This document shows, piece by piece, positions 12,617 to 22,749 of a DNA stretch of 64,000 nt. Every line of letters begins with the position of its first letter. Position 1 is the first letter of the stretch. Made by a program: the position numbers and the translations under genes. The DNA is from Candidatus Aenigmatarchaeota archaeon (GTDB lineage: Archaea; Aenigmatarchaeota; Aenigmatarchaeia; QMZP01; QMZT01), in assembly GCA_963726265.1 (NCBI GenBank), contig CAVSBQ010000002.1, positions 288,001 through 352,000 on the forward strand, in the 5' to 3' direction. The notes beneath the pieces are model-generated. The model saw only the letters and a list, made by a program, of their open reading frames with translations, ran no database searches and was not told the origin of the DNA.

Positions 12617-13528
12617 TCACTCACACAGCCACGGATACGCCTTCTTGACTTCCTCCACGAAGTTCTCGTGGGTGTAGACTCCCAGCTCGGAGATGATGGC
12701 CGTGACCAGGTCGGGATTTATGCGCTCGAAGCACGGGTTCTCGATTTTTATCCCCCTTGGAGCGCCGGGCCAGATTTCCTTCGCAGGCCGGAGCTCGATT
12801 TTTTCCTCGCGGCCATATATCCCCTCCGGGTCGAACTTCCACGAGTCGCCGCAGGCGTAAAGGGGAATGTCGTATTTGTCGGCTATGACGGCGAAAAGCT
12901 CCGAGCCTATCTTGTTGTATATCTTCGTCGTCGTCACTGCGTCGAAGCCGAATAATATGATGTCCGATTTCTTGAGCGCGATCCTCGCCGCGGAGTCGAC
13001 GAAATGGGTGACGGGGATTTTCATCTTCGCGAGCTCTTTCGCGGTGATTCTTCCCTGGAACAGCGGTCGCGCCTCCGTGTTGCAGACCCGGAATTTCCTG
13101 CCGTCCGCCTTCGCTTCTTTCAGGATTGCCATGACCGTCGACGAATGGCAGTGCGTGAAGACGACCATGCCGTTCTCGATTTTCTTCGCCCCGATTTCGG
13201 CTATGGTCTGCTGCGCGGAATCGAAGTGTTCCAAGGTTTCGGAGCACATGATGCGCAGCCGCTTCTTCAGGTCGTGGACGTTCCTGTCATGCGACTGGAG
13301 CGAGTCGATGACATACGCTATGGCGTTCCTCATGAGCGGCTCGGTCGGCCGCGAAGAGAAAAGCAATTTTTTCGCCTTCTCAAGTTCGGAGAAAAAGACC
13401 GCGGTAGAATGCGTTTTAAGCGGCAGGCCGCGGTGCTCGATAGCCTGGACGGCGTTTATTGCGACGTTTTCCGCGCCCTGTATCTTTACCGCCTTTATGT
13501 CGCGGAGTATCTTCTCGAACTTGTCCAT
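12617..13528 (-). CDS. Ribose-1,5-bisphosphate isomerase (eIF-2B alpha/beta/delta family)
   Basis: IQGA, SRPTEP, THCHS (catalytic Cys), EARPLFQG, GFDAV and NKIGS. Confidence 0.8.
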   Translation of the reverse strand: MDKFEKILRDIKAVKIQGAENVAINAVQAIEHRGLPLKTHSTAVFFSELEKAKKLLFSSRPTEPLMRNAIAYVIDSLQSHDRNVHDLKKRLRIMCSETLEHFDSAQQTIAEIGAKKIENGMVVFTHCHSSTVMAILKEAKADGRKFRVCNTEARPLFQGRITAKELAKMKIPVTHFVDSAARIALKKSDIILFGFDAVTTTKIYNKIGSELFAVIADKYDIPLYACGDSWKFDPEGIYGREEKIELRPAKEIWPGAPRGIKIENPCFERINPDLVTAIISELGVYTHENFVEEVKKAYPWLCE

Positions 13529-13573
13529 GTTAAGAATTTGTCCCAGGCGGCTTAAATTTGTCTGGCTTTGCCG

Positions 13574-14152
13574 CTAGTCTTTCGCCGGCTTGACCTTCAG
13601 GCCGATCCCTTCAAGCCGCTTCTTGAAGTTGTTGAGCGCGGTGTTGATGTCGACCAGGCTGCGGCCGCCAGTGCAGATTATTTTTCCCGAGCCGAAAAGA
13701 AGGAACGCCGTTCGCGGGCTTTTCATCCTGTAGACGAGGCCGGGGAACTGCTCGGGCTCGTATTCGACCTCTTCCAGCGACATGGCGATTTCCTCGAGCA
13801 TGAGCCTCGGCTTGACTTCGATTCTCGTCGAGGCAACGATGTTCTCGATGTTTATGTTGAACTTGGTCGGCATGGACGTCCCGGTCTTCTTTATGTCGAG
13901 GACGATTTTCCTCATGGCCTCCTTCGCCATCGCTATGCTCTTCGCTCCGGTGCAGACTATCTTGCCTGATGAAAAAATGAGCGCGGCCGCTCGCGGATCT
14001 TTAATCCTGTAGACGAGGCCGGGGAACTGCTCGGGCTCGTATTCGGTGTTGCCCATCTTCTCAACGAGCTTGTTCAGCACGATCTTCCTGCCCAAAACGG
14101 CGAAGGCCACTACGTTTTCGACTTTTATGTGAAATTCCACCACAAGCAACAC
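13574..14152 (-). CDS. tbp: TATA-box binding protein
   Basis: Two repeats of YEPEQFPGLVYR...LxFxSGKIxCTG. GTG start at 14152 or 14143. Confidence 0.97.
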   Translation of the reverse strand: MLLVVEFHIKVENVVAFAVLGRKIVLNKLVEKMGNTEYEPEQFPGLVYRIKDPRAAALIFSSGKIVCTGAKSIAMAKEAMRKIVLDIKKTGTSMPTKFNINIENIVASTRIEVKPRLMLEEIAMSLEEVEYEPEQFPGLVYRMKSPRTAFLLFGSGKIICTGGRSLVDINTALNNFKKRLEGIGLKVKPAKD

Positions 14153-14210
14153 CCTTTATACATTATTTGTATATAGCCACATAAATAGTTCTTCGGAAAA
14201 AGCCCTTCTG

Positions 14211-15488
14211 CTAAGCCTTTTCACGGCCGAAAAGCCTGCTCTGCTTCGATGCCCCGGCCGTTCCTTTGCTTCGCGCCTCCTGCGCCTTCAGCAGGAATTT
14301 CTCCGCATCCTCCGCCCTGTCTTCGGCCAGCAGCTCGAACAGGCCTTCGAAATGCTTCGGGTCGAGTCCCGCTTTCGTCAGATTCTCGAGCAGGATTTTC
14401 CTGCCCATGTCCTCGACCGAGAGCTTGTGCTCTTCCAGCGTCTTGGTGGGGAGCGCCTTCTCTTCCTTCTCCTTTTTGAAAGAAAGTATGAGCCTGCTGC
14501 CGAATTTCATCTCCACGTCCTTCGCAAGCGTTTCGGCCTTGCCTTTCAGGTCGAGCCTCACTATCGCCTTTTTGTCAGGGTTAGCCGCGGCGATTTCGTG
14601 CAGCTCCTTCTCAAGCGCCTCTTTGTCGTCCGCCCCGAACTGCCTCACATAGACCCTGCGCTGGTTCTCGAGCGGAATCCAGTAGAAGCGCACGCCGCCC
14701 CTGTCTATGAACTTCGTCGCTTTCGGCGGGTCGCTCGCGAGGTCGCGCATTGAAGTCTCGACTATCCAGAAGCCCTTCGGCTCTTCTGATTCGTCCTTTA
14801 TCTGGGTGGGCACGAGCGAACCGGTAAGGATGAAAGGTTTGCCCGCATAATCGGCATGCTTCGCCTCGTGTATGTGGCCGTTGACATAGAGGTCGAAGCC
14901 CTTCGGCAGCTTGTCCAGGCCGAGCGTATGCTGCGCGTAGAGGAACTCGGCAATCGACTGGTGGAGGACGATGATGTTGAAGCAACCGTGCTCTGGCGCA
15001 GGATTCCAGTTAGACAGCACGCTTTCCGCATACTGGTCGGGAACGCCCGACATGCCCTGTATGGCGACGCGTTCCCCGTCCTTCTCGAATATCACGCCGT
15101 TGCAGTGCAGGTATGTCAGGAAGCCAGCCTTCTCAAGCGCCTCGACCGGATTCAGAAATCCCTTCGTGCGCCGCTCGTGCGTGCCGTGTATCGCGACGGT
15201 GGGTATGCCCATGAGCGCGATTTCCGAAACCTTGGATATGTCCTTCCCGATGCCCTGCACGAGCTTGAGGCCGCTTTGCTCGAGCAGCGGGGGAATCATC
15301 AGTTCCATCGCCTTCGTCAGCGTCTCGGCGTCGGGGCTCCGCGTATCGAAAATGTCGCCGGCGAAAAGAATCAGGTCGCAGCCCAGCGTCTTGCCTATCG
15401 CTTCCCTGAAGGCATCGAACGGGTCTTCCGCGCGCTCGCTGCCCGCGCCGAAGCCGAAATGGAAATCCGAAAGGATTGCGATTCTCAT
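14211..15488 (-). CDS. mre11: Mre11/SbcD-family DNA repair nuclease
   Basis: SDFH, GDIFD, HGTHE, LHQ and GHIH metallophosphoesterase motifs, followed by a capping domain. Confidence 0.85.
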   Translation of the reverse strand: MRIAILSDFHFGFGAGSERAEDPFDAFREAIGKTLGCDLILFAGDIFDTRSPDAETLTKAMELMIPPLLEQSGLKLVQGIGKDISKVSEIALMGIPTVAIHGTHERRTKGFLNPVEALEKAGFLTYLHCNGVIFEKDGERVAIQGMSGVPDQYAESVLSNWNPAPEHGCFNIIVLHQSIAEFLYAQHTLGLDKLPKGFDLYVNGHIHEAKHADYAGKPFILTGSLVPTQIKDESEEPKGFWIVETSMRDLASDPPKATKFIDRGGVRFYWIPLENQRRVYVRQFGADDKEALEKELHEIAAANPDKKAIVRLDLKGKAETLAKDVEMKFGSRLILSFKKEKEEKALPTKTLEEHKLSVEDMGRKILLENLTKAGLDPKHFEGLFELLAEDRAEDAEKFLLKAQEARSKGTAGASKQSRLFGREKA

Positions 15489-15632
15489 GCTTTCAACCCA
15501 CTCTCATGGATATAATGGCGAAGGGTAATAAAAATAATCGTATGCAAGAAATCTGTTAAACATGTAACCACCAGAAAGAAGCTACAATAATAAAGTATTT
15601 AAATCTGTTATTCAAAAGTTATTTGTGATAAC

Positions 15633-15818
15633 ATGAGTGACGACTTTAGAAAGGAATTTAGTGACATGAGTGGAGAAGCGGAACGAACCAGGAAAAACTA
15701 TGTTGTTCTAGGCCCATACAACAGTACACCGCCATGGGACGGGCACTTTGCCGATACGGGCGTTAGCCAACGCGCACAATCTACAAGAGACGTGAAAGGG
15801 GCAAACTTATTTATTTAG
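15633..15818 (+). CDS. Small hypothetical protein
   Basis: 61-aa ORF about 30 nt downstream of TATTTAAA in an AT-rich islet. Confidence 0.4.
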   Translation: MSDDFRKEFSDMSGEAERTRKNYVVLGPYNSTPPWDGHFADTGVSQRAQSTRDVKGANLFI

Positions 15819-15844
15819 GATTTTTGCCGTATAGGAACGAGTGA

Positions 15845-16276
15845 ATGAACATGAAAGGATACAAAGGATTCAAAGGGCATTTTTTTGTTTCTGATAAAGG
15901 GAATATCGACGCTGTCGTTGAAGCCCTTAACAATGCGTACATTTATGTAATGGGACTTGAACCGCGATACATTGCTACTGGCGGTAAAATGCATACGAAT
16001 GATGATGGCTCTAGAAGGCCAGTATACAACAAAGACAGCGGGTGGATTAGCGATGCCGAAGGAACCCAGCTCGCAGTGGTGCATGAGCCCGGAAATGTCC
16101 CGAGGACAACCGCAACTGGCTCCGTGATTGAAAATCCGCGGCTTGTGGAAATATTCGCGACAGGAAGTTTAGACGCCAAATTGATAATGACGTTCATCGA
16201 AAGGACTATGCTTGAAAAAGGTTTTGAAATTGGCATGAATCCTTCTGAATACCTTTATACAATTGGCGACGCCTGA
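15845..16276 (+). CDS. Hypothetical protein
   Basis: 143-aa ORF in an AT-rich islet. No motif recognised. Confidence 0.55.
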   Translation: MNMKGYKGFKGHFFVSDKGNIDAVVEALNNAYIYVMGLEPRYIATGGKMHTNDDGSRRPVYNKDSGWISDAEGTQLAVVHEPGNVPRTTATGSVIENPRLVEIFATGSLDAKLIMTFIERTMLEKGFEIGMNPSEYLYTIGDA

Positions 16277-16347
16277 ATATCTCATTGTCATGAGCGTAAG
16301 CCAGGCTGTGGCCCAAAACTTAAAAATCCATGCGCCAATAAAATAAA

Positions 16348-17785
16348 ATGTCAGGCATAATCGGCATCTTCTCGGTGGATGACAAGAACATAATGGACGA
16401 CCTGTTCTACGGCCTCGCGGCCCTGCAGCATCAGCGGGGAAGAAGGCTGCGGCATAAGCGTCAACAACGGCAAATATTTTCACACGCTTTCCAGCGATGG
16501 TCCGGTCTACTACTTCCTCAAGGACAAGCTGGAAGGCCTGAAAAGGCTGAAGCCATCGATGGGCATAGGCCACACGCTCTACGAAAGGAGCGGGGACCTG
16601 CAGCCCGTCGAGCAGTGGGGCGACCAGAACGTGAACATCTCGCTGGCAATGGACGGGGTCCTGCTCGGATTCGGGGAGAAAAAGCACGACAGCGTGATGC
16701 GCACGCTGTTCCTCGATTACCTGAGGGAGGATGGCAATTTCTATTCGGCCGCCAGGAAGCTGATGGAAAAGCTCGATGGCAGGGGCCCTTACAGCGTGGT
16801 CATAGCGGTCAGGAAAGGCGGTAAATTTTATCTTATCGCTTTCCGCGACCCGAAGGGCATAAAGCCGCTGTGCCTGGGCAGGAAGGATAATGTTTACGTG
16901 ATAGCGTCGGAGACCAAGGCGCTGGACAGCCTGGAAGCGGCCTTCGTCAAGGACGTGGAGCCCGGAGAGGTGCTCATCATCTCCAAGGGCGGCATGGAAT
17001 CGAGGGTGGTCAGGAAGGACCGCCACGCCCACTGCGCCTTCGAATGGATATACTTCGCGGACCCGACGTCGTCAATCGAGGGCAGGAACGTTTACCTAGT
17101 GAGGAAAACTCTCGGGGAGAAGCTTGCCCGGAGATACCCGCTTGACGTTGACGTTGTCATAGCCTCCCCGGATTCCGGCAGGGGGGTCGCAATCGGCTAC
17201 CAGCAGGAGCTGTGCAGGATAAAACAGAAGTTCGTGCCCTTCGAGGAGGCCAGCGTAAAGAATCCCGGAGCGAAGAGGACGTTTCAAGTGGAAAACCCCC
17301 AGGAAAGGGTGATGGCCGCCAGGACGAAGTTTTTCATAAACAAGGAAGTGGTCAGGGGCAAGAAGGTCGCGTGCGGCGACGACAGCATAGTGAGGGGCAC
17401 GGTCTTCAGGGACGGCATGGTCTACAAGCTGAGGGCGGCAGGAACCGAGGCGATTATATCGGTCATATCGTGCCCGCCGCTTGCATACCCGTGCATAAAG
17501 GACCCGAAAGGCAAGACCTTCGCCGCGCAGGGGCTGACGGGCACGGTTGAGGAAATAGGGGAAAAGGTCGCGAAGAAAATTAACGTCGACAAGGTCTGCT
17601 ACCCGACCATAGAGGAAATGGACCAGGCCATAGGCCACACGGACACGTGCAAGGCCTGCTTCAACGGCGTATATCCCATCAGGAAAAAGTTCATCTTCTG
17701 CAACGGCGAAGGCGGGGAAAGGAACATCGCGTTTTTCATAAACAAGGGCAGGGCAAAGGAGAAAAGAAGCGGAAGCGGCGAGTGA
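16348..17785 (+). CDS. purF: Amidophosphoribosyltransferase-like protein with a degenerate glutaminase site (frameshift near 16433)
   Basis: MSGIIG...ALQH(R)GEEGCG, RDPKGIKPLCLG, ASET, CAFEWIYFA, PDSG, the PRPP loop DDSIVRGT, and CPP...C / CKAC Fe-S ligands. Confidence 0.9.
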
Positions 17786-17786
17786 G

Positions 17787-18770
17787 TCAGCTCATCCAGC
17801 CTATGTCCGAGTCGTCCGTCCTCCATCTCGGGTCGACGTCGGCTTTTTCTGTTTTAATGTTTTGCCCGGCTTTGTGAGCGAGTATGCCGGTCCATGCAAT
17901 CATCGCGCCGTTGTCGCCAGCGAATTCGCGCGGGACGACCTTGAACTTCGCTCCCCGCTCCTCGCACATTTTGTTGAGCATTTCCTGCAGGCGCATGTTC
18001 GCAGCGACGCCGCCCGTGAGCAGGACCTGGTCCTTGCCGAGATGCGCGAGCGCGCGCTCCGTGACCTCGGTCAGCATTGAAAAGAAGACCTCCTGGATGG
18101 AGTAACAAATATTTTCGAGTGGCTCGCCCTTCTCATGCTTCTTTATGCATTCTGTCACTATGCCGGAGAACGACAAATCCATGCCCTTCACGACGTAGGG
18201 AAGCTCTATCCATTTCCCATTTTTTGCGAGCTGCTCTATTTTGGGAGCTTGCGGAAAATCGAGGCCCACAGCGCGGCCGAACTTGTCTAGCGCGTTTCCG
18301 ATGCCGATGTCCATGCACTCGCCGAAAACGCGGTAGCGGCCGCTAGCGAAGGAAATAATCTGCGTGTTGCCGCCCGAAACATAAACCACGACAGGGTCTT
18401 CGTAGCCGGACGTGAGTCTGCCGATTTCGATATGGGCTATGCAGTGGTTCACAGGCGCGAGCGGCAGCTTGTTTTTTTCAGCGAGCTCTTTCGCCAGCGC
18501 TAGGCCTTTGTGCAGGCACGGAGGCAGGCCAGGACCGCGAGAATACGCAATTAAACCCATGTCCTCGATTTTCAGCTTCGCTTTCTCCAGCGCCGCGCCG
18601 AGGACTGAATGTTTCGCTTCTTCATGATGCTTTCCCGCATCCATGGGGATTATGCCCCAGCCGGCCTTCGGCTTGTATACCGAGCGCTCATTAGCGAGCA
18701 CGCGGCCTTTGTCGTCGCATATGCCGATGCCGAAAGTGTGAGCGGTGGATTCGATGCCCAAGCAAATCAT
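17787..18770 (-). CDS. kae1: tRNA t6A threonylcarbamoyltransferase Kae1 (not fused to Bud32)
   Basis: LGIESTAHT, NHCIAHIEIG, VSGGNTQ, GNALDKF and GDNGAMIA. Confidence 0.95.
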   Translation of the reverse strand: MICLGIESTAHTFGIGICDDKGRVLANERSVYKPKAGWGIIPMDAGKHHEEAKHSVLGAALEKAKLKIEDMGLIAYSRGPGLPPCLHKGLALAKELAEKNKLPLAPVNHCIAHIEIGRLTSGYEDPVVVYVSGGNTQIISFASGRYRVFGECMDIGIGNALDKFGRAVGLDFPQAPKIEQLAKNGKWIELPYVVKGMDLSFSGIVTECIKKHEKGEPLENICYSIQEVFFSMLTEVTERALAHLGKDQVLLTGGVAANMRLQEMLNKMCEERGAKFKVVPREFAGDNGAMIAWTGILAHKAGQNIKTEKADVDPRWRTDDSDIGWMS

Positions 18771-18828
18771 AAATTTCAATTATATTTAGATGTTTATAAA
18801 ATGCAAGACAAAATGGTAATATGATAAT

Positions 18829-20499
18829 ATGATATCCGACAAACCACTGCCCGAAGGGCAGCAATATGACATTATAATCATAACCGGCGACGCCTATGCA
18901 GACCATCCGCTGTGCGGCGCGGCAGTCATAGCGCGAACGCTTGAAAGCGAAGGCTATTCGGTAGGCATAATCGAGACTCCGGACTGGCTCGACGATGAGG
19001 AATTCACGAAGCTCGGCGAGCCGCGGCTTTTCTTCGGCATTACAGCAGGGGCGATGGACAGCATGCTCGACAACTACACGCCGCTGATAAAGGAGCGTGA
19101 CGAAGACGAGCACAAACGCTACACTCCGCAGAAGCCGGACCGCGCGGTGATAGTTTACGCGAACATGATAAGACGCAGCTACAAGAAGACACCCATGGTG
19201 CTTGGCGGCGTCGAAGCGTCGCTGCGGCGATTCGCGCACTTCGACTACTGGAGCAACAAGCTTAGAAGGTCGATACTCCCTGAATCGAGGGCGGAAATCC
19301 TAGCTTATGGTAACGCGGAGCATGCGATAGTCGAGATTGCGAAGAGGCTGGAAAAAAACGAAGCGCTGGACGGCATAGAAGGCACGTGCGTCGCAAGGAA
19401 CGAGGCGCCTCACGGCTTCAGAATCATGCCTTCGTTCGATGAAGTCGCCGCCGACAAAATGAAGTTCTGCAAGATGCAGCTCATGTTCAGCAACGACGAG
19501 AACCTCGCGCAGAAGACTGGCGACAAGTTCATCCTGCAATACAAAAGCCACCGCTACACGCCCGAAGAGCTCGACAAAACCTACGAGCTTCCCTACTCCC
19601 GCGACATCCCGGAGAAAGCGGAGTATCTAAAGGGCATGCAGTTCAGCGTCCTTACGCATCGCGGCTGCATAGGCAACTGCAGCTTCTGCTCCATCACACT
19701 GCATCAGGGTACGCGCATCGTTTCGCGCTCGGAGGCTTCGATACTGCGCGAAATCGCCTCACTGACGAAACACAAGGATTTCAAGGGCTACATCGACGAC
19801 CTCGGCGGGCCGTCTGCGAACATGTACGGCATGGACTGCCACGTGTGCAAAGGCAACTGCCTAGTGTGCAACCATCTGGACCGCAGCCACTCGAAGCTGA
19901 TCATGCTCATGGAGAAGGCGAGGCAAATTCCCGGCGTGAAGAAGATTTTCGTGCGCTCCGGCATACGCTACGATCTCGCGCTCGAGTCAAGGCAATACAT
20001 CAAGGAGATTTCAAGGCACCATATTTCAGGCTACCTGAAAATCGCGCCGGAGCACTGCAACCCCCACGTCCTCAAGCTCATGAACAAATACGTGCCCGGC
20101 AGCTTGGAGAAGTTCGTTTCCGTTTTCGGGGAAATAAACAAGGGAACGGGCCAGACGCTCAAATACTACGTCATAGCCGCGCATCCCGGCAGCTCCAAAA
20201 TAGAAAACGACGAACTGAAGAAGTTCGTCGCAAAGGTCGGGCGCGACGCGATAATCCAGACGTTCACGCCCACGCCCATGAGCCTCAGCACGTGCATGTA
20301 TTACACGGGCATGGACCCGCGCACCGGGAAGCCGGTCTACGTCCCGCGCGGCTTCAGGGACAAGAAAATCCAGAAGAACGAGCTGATGTTTTCCATACAC
20401 GGCATGCGCGCGGCCAGCATACCAAAGCGCCAGGACTTCCGCGCATCTAAAAACAAGCATCAGGCCGGACATCAAGGCAAGCGGCATAAAATGTTTTAA
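18829..20499 (+). CDS. YgiQ (UPF0313) family radical SAM protein
   Basis: ITGDAYADHP, GGVEASLRR, HRGCIGNCSFC (CxxxCxxC), DLGGPSANMY, SGIRYDL, KIAPEH and FTPTPMS. Confidence 0.9.
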   Translation: MISDKPLPEGQQYDIIIITGDAYADHPLCGAAVIARTLESEGYSVGIIETPDWLDDEEFTKLGEPRLFFGITAGAMDSMLDNYTPLIKERDEDEHKRYTPQKPDRAVIVYANMIRRSYKKTPMVLGGVEASLRRFAHFDYWSNKLRRSILPESRAEILAYGNAEHAIVEIAKRLEKNEALDGIEGTCVARNEAPHGFRIMPSFDEVAADKMKFCKMQLMFSNDENLAQKTGDKFILQYKSHRYTPEELDKTYELPYSRDIPEKAEYLKGMQFSVLTHRGCIGNCSFCSITLHQGTRIVSRSEASILREIASLTKHKDFKGYIDDLGGPSANMYGMDCHVCKGNCLVCNHLDRSHSKLIMLMEKARQIPGVKKIFVRSGIRYDLALESRQYIKEISRHHISGYLKIAPEHCNPHVLKLMNKYVPGSLEKFVSVFGEINKGTGQTLKYYVIAAHPGSSKIENDELKKFVAKVGRDAIIQTFTPTPMSLSTCMYYTGMDPRTGKPVYVPRGFRDKKIQKNELMFSIHGMRAASIPKRQDFRASKNKHQAGHQGKRHKMF

Positions 20500-20543
20500 A
20501 ACCAGAAACCGAATAAGAATATCGCCAAAGGTGGGGAAACTGC

Positions 20544-21859
20544 ATGATAAAGGTTCTTCTCATAGGCAACGGCGCGCGAGAGCATGCGATTGCCGAAGCG
20601 ATACGCCGCTCGCCGCAGACCCACTGCGCTCTTTTCCTACATGAAGGCGAACAATCCAGGAATTCGAAGCCTCTCACAGAAATGCGAGCTGGGCGATTAC
20701 AATGATATCGGGAAGATGACTGATTTTGCAAAACATGTCGCCGCGGACTTCTGCGTGGTCGGGCCTGAAGCTCCGCTGGATTACGGCGCGGTGGACGCGC
20801 TCGCGAAGAGCCGGCGTCCCGTCGGTCGGGCCTGTGAAAGAACTGGCGAAGCTCGAGACGTCGAAAGCGTTCACTCGACTGCTCGCGCAGAAATACAAAA
20901 TTCCCGGCTCGCCGCAGTTCGAAGTGTTCAAAAACATGAACGGCATCAGGGAATTTTTGCATTCGCTCGCTTCTTTCGTGGTCAAGCCGGACGGCCTGAC
21001 GGGCGGCAAAGGTGTTATGGTTCACGGGGAGCATTTGAAAAATGCGGAGGACGCGCTCAGATACTGCGAGGAAGTTTTGAAGGCCCATGCATCCGTCATC
21101 GTCGAGGAGAAACTGGAAGGCGAGGAGTTCTCGCTGCAGAGCTTCACTGACGGCAGATTCGTGCTCGATTCGCCGCCCGCGCAGGACCACAAGAGGGCGT
21201 ATGTGAATGACGAGGGTCCCAATACTGGCGGCATGGGCTCTTATTCATGCACGGACCATCTCCTTCCCTTCATCACGAAAAGCGACCTGGAGGAAGCGCA
21301 TCGCATAACCGAGCTGATGGCGAAGGCAATCGAGAAAGAGACTGGAACGCTCTATAAGGGCGTCATGTACGGCGGCTTCATGGTGACGCGCGACGGCGTG
21401 AAACTGCTCGAATACAACGCGCGGCTCGGCGACCCCGAGGCCATGAACGTGCTCCCGATACTCAGGAGCGATTTCATAGACCTATGCTATGGCATCGTCA
21501 ACGGCAGCCTTTCGAAAGCCAAAACTCATTTTGAAAACAGGTCTACCGTATGCAAATACGTCGTACCCAGGGGTTATCCTGACAACCCCGTCAAGGGAGA
21601 GAAAATCGAGGTTCCGAATGCGCCGAGGGCGAAGATGTATTATGCGTCCGTCGACCAGAGACCAGAAGGCTTATACATGAGCGGCTCCCGCGCAATCGCT
21701 TTCGTTGGAGTGTCGCAGGATTTCGGCGAGGCGGAAAAAATCGCCGAGGAAGCCGTCAGGTCGGTAAAGGGGAGCGTGTTCCACAGGCCTGACATAGGGA
21801 CGAAGGCGCTGCTCGAGAAACGCGTGCGCCACATGGAAATGCTGAGAGGGAAGCCATGA
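20544..21859 (+). CDS. purD: Phosphoribosylamine-glycine ligase (frameshifts near 20620 and 20810)
   Basis: IGNGAREHAI, NPG, VGPEAPL, LETSKAF, KPDGLTGGKGV, QDHKR...GPNTGGMG and EYNARLGDPE, spread over three frames. Confidence 0.95.
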
Positions 21860-22707
21860 CTGCAAAAATACTTGACGGCAGGAAACTCTCGAACGAAATA
21901 TGCCTGCAGCTGAAGAGGAAAACCGAGCGCCTTAAAAGCAAAGGGATTATCCCGAGGCTGGACATTATACTTGTCGGAGAGGACGCGGCTTCGAAGCTTT
22001 ACGTGAGGAACAAGATTCGCGCTTCCGAGCAGATAGGCATGAAAGGCGAGCTACACAGCTTTCCGGAAAAAACCAGCGGAGAAAAAGTTGCAAGCCTGAT
22101 AAAAAAGCTCAACGCGGACAAAAACGTGCACGGCATCCTCGTGCAGCTGCCGCTGCCTTCGCATCTTGACGAGCAGAAGATTCTCGATACGATAACGCCG
22201 GAGAAAGATGTCGACGGCCTGACCGCATGCAGCATCGGAAGACTTGCAGGCGGCGAAGCACTGTTCGAGCCGTGCACGCCGAAAGGCATAATGAAGCTCC
22301 TCGATCACGCAAGAATCCCGATCGAGGGGGAAAATGCGGTGGTCATAGGCAGGAGCAACATCGTGGGAAAGCCCATGGCGCTCATGCTGCTGAAAAGGAA
22401 CGCGACCGTGACCATATGCCATTCCAAAACAAAGCGCCTCCAGGAGCACACGAAAAACGCCGACATACTTGTGGCAGCGGTAGGGAAGGCGAACTTCGTT
22501 AAGGAAAGCATGGTGAAGAAAGGCGCGGTCGTCATAGACGCCGGCATAAACCGCAGCGGAGGAAAAATCTGCGGAGACGTTGATTTTGCGAAGGTGAGGG
22601 ACAGGGCATCGGCCATAACGCCCGTACCAGGCGGGGTCGGGCCGCTCACCGTAGCGATGGTTATCGAGAACACGCTGATTGCGGCTGAAAGACTACTCCA
22701 GAAATAG
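21856..22707 (+). CDS. folD: Bifunctional methylenetetrahydrofolate dehydrogenase/cyclohydrolase
   Basis: YVRNK, GILVQLPLP, KDVDG, PCTP, GRSNIVGKP and PVPGGVGP. Confidence 0.97.
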   Translation: MTAKILDGRKLSNEICLQLKRKTERLKSKGIIPRLDIILVGEDAASKLYVRNKIRASEQIGMKGELHSFPEKTSGEKVASLIKKLNADKNVHGILVQLPLPSHLDEQKILDTITPEKDVDGLTACSIGRLAGGEALFEPCTPKGIMKLLDHARIPIEGENAVVIGRSNIVGKPMALMLLKRNATVTICHSKTKRLQEHTKNADILVAAVGKANFVKESMVKKGAVVIDAGINRSGGKICGDVDFAKVRDRASAITPVPGGVGPLTVAMVIENTLIAAERLLQK

Positions 22708-22749
22708 CTGCACGCAAGTCTTAAATCCTTTTGCGGAAAATAAGAAAAA

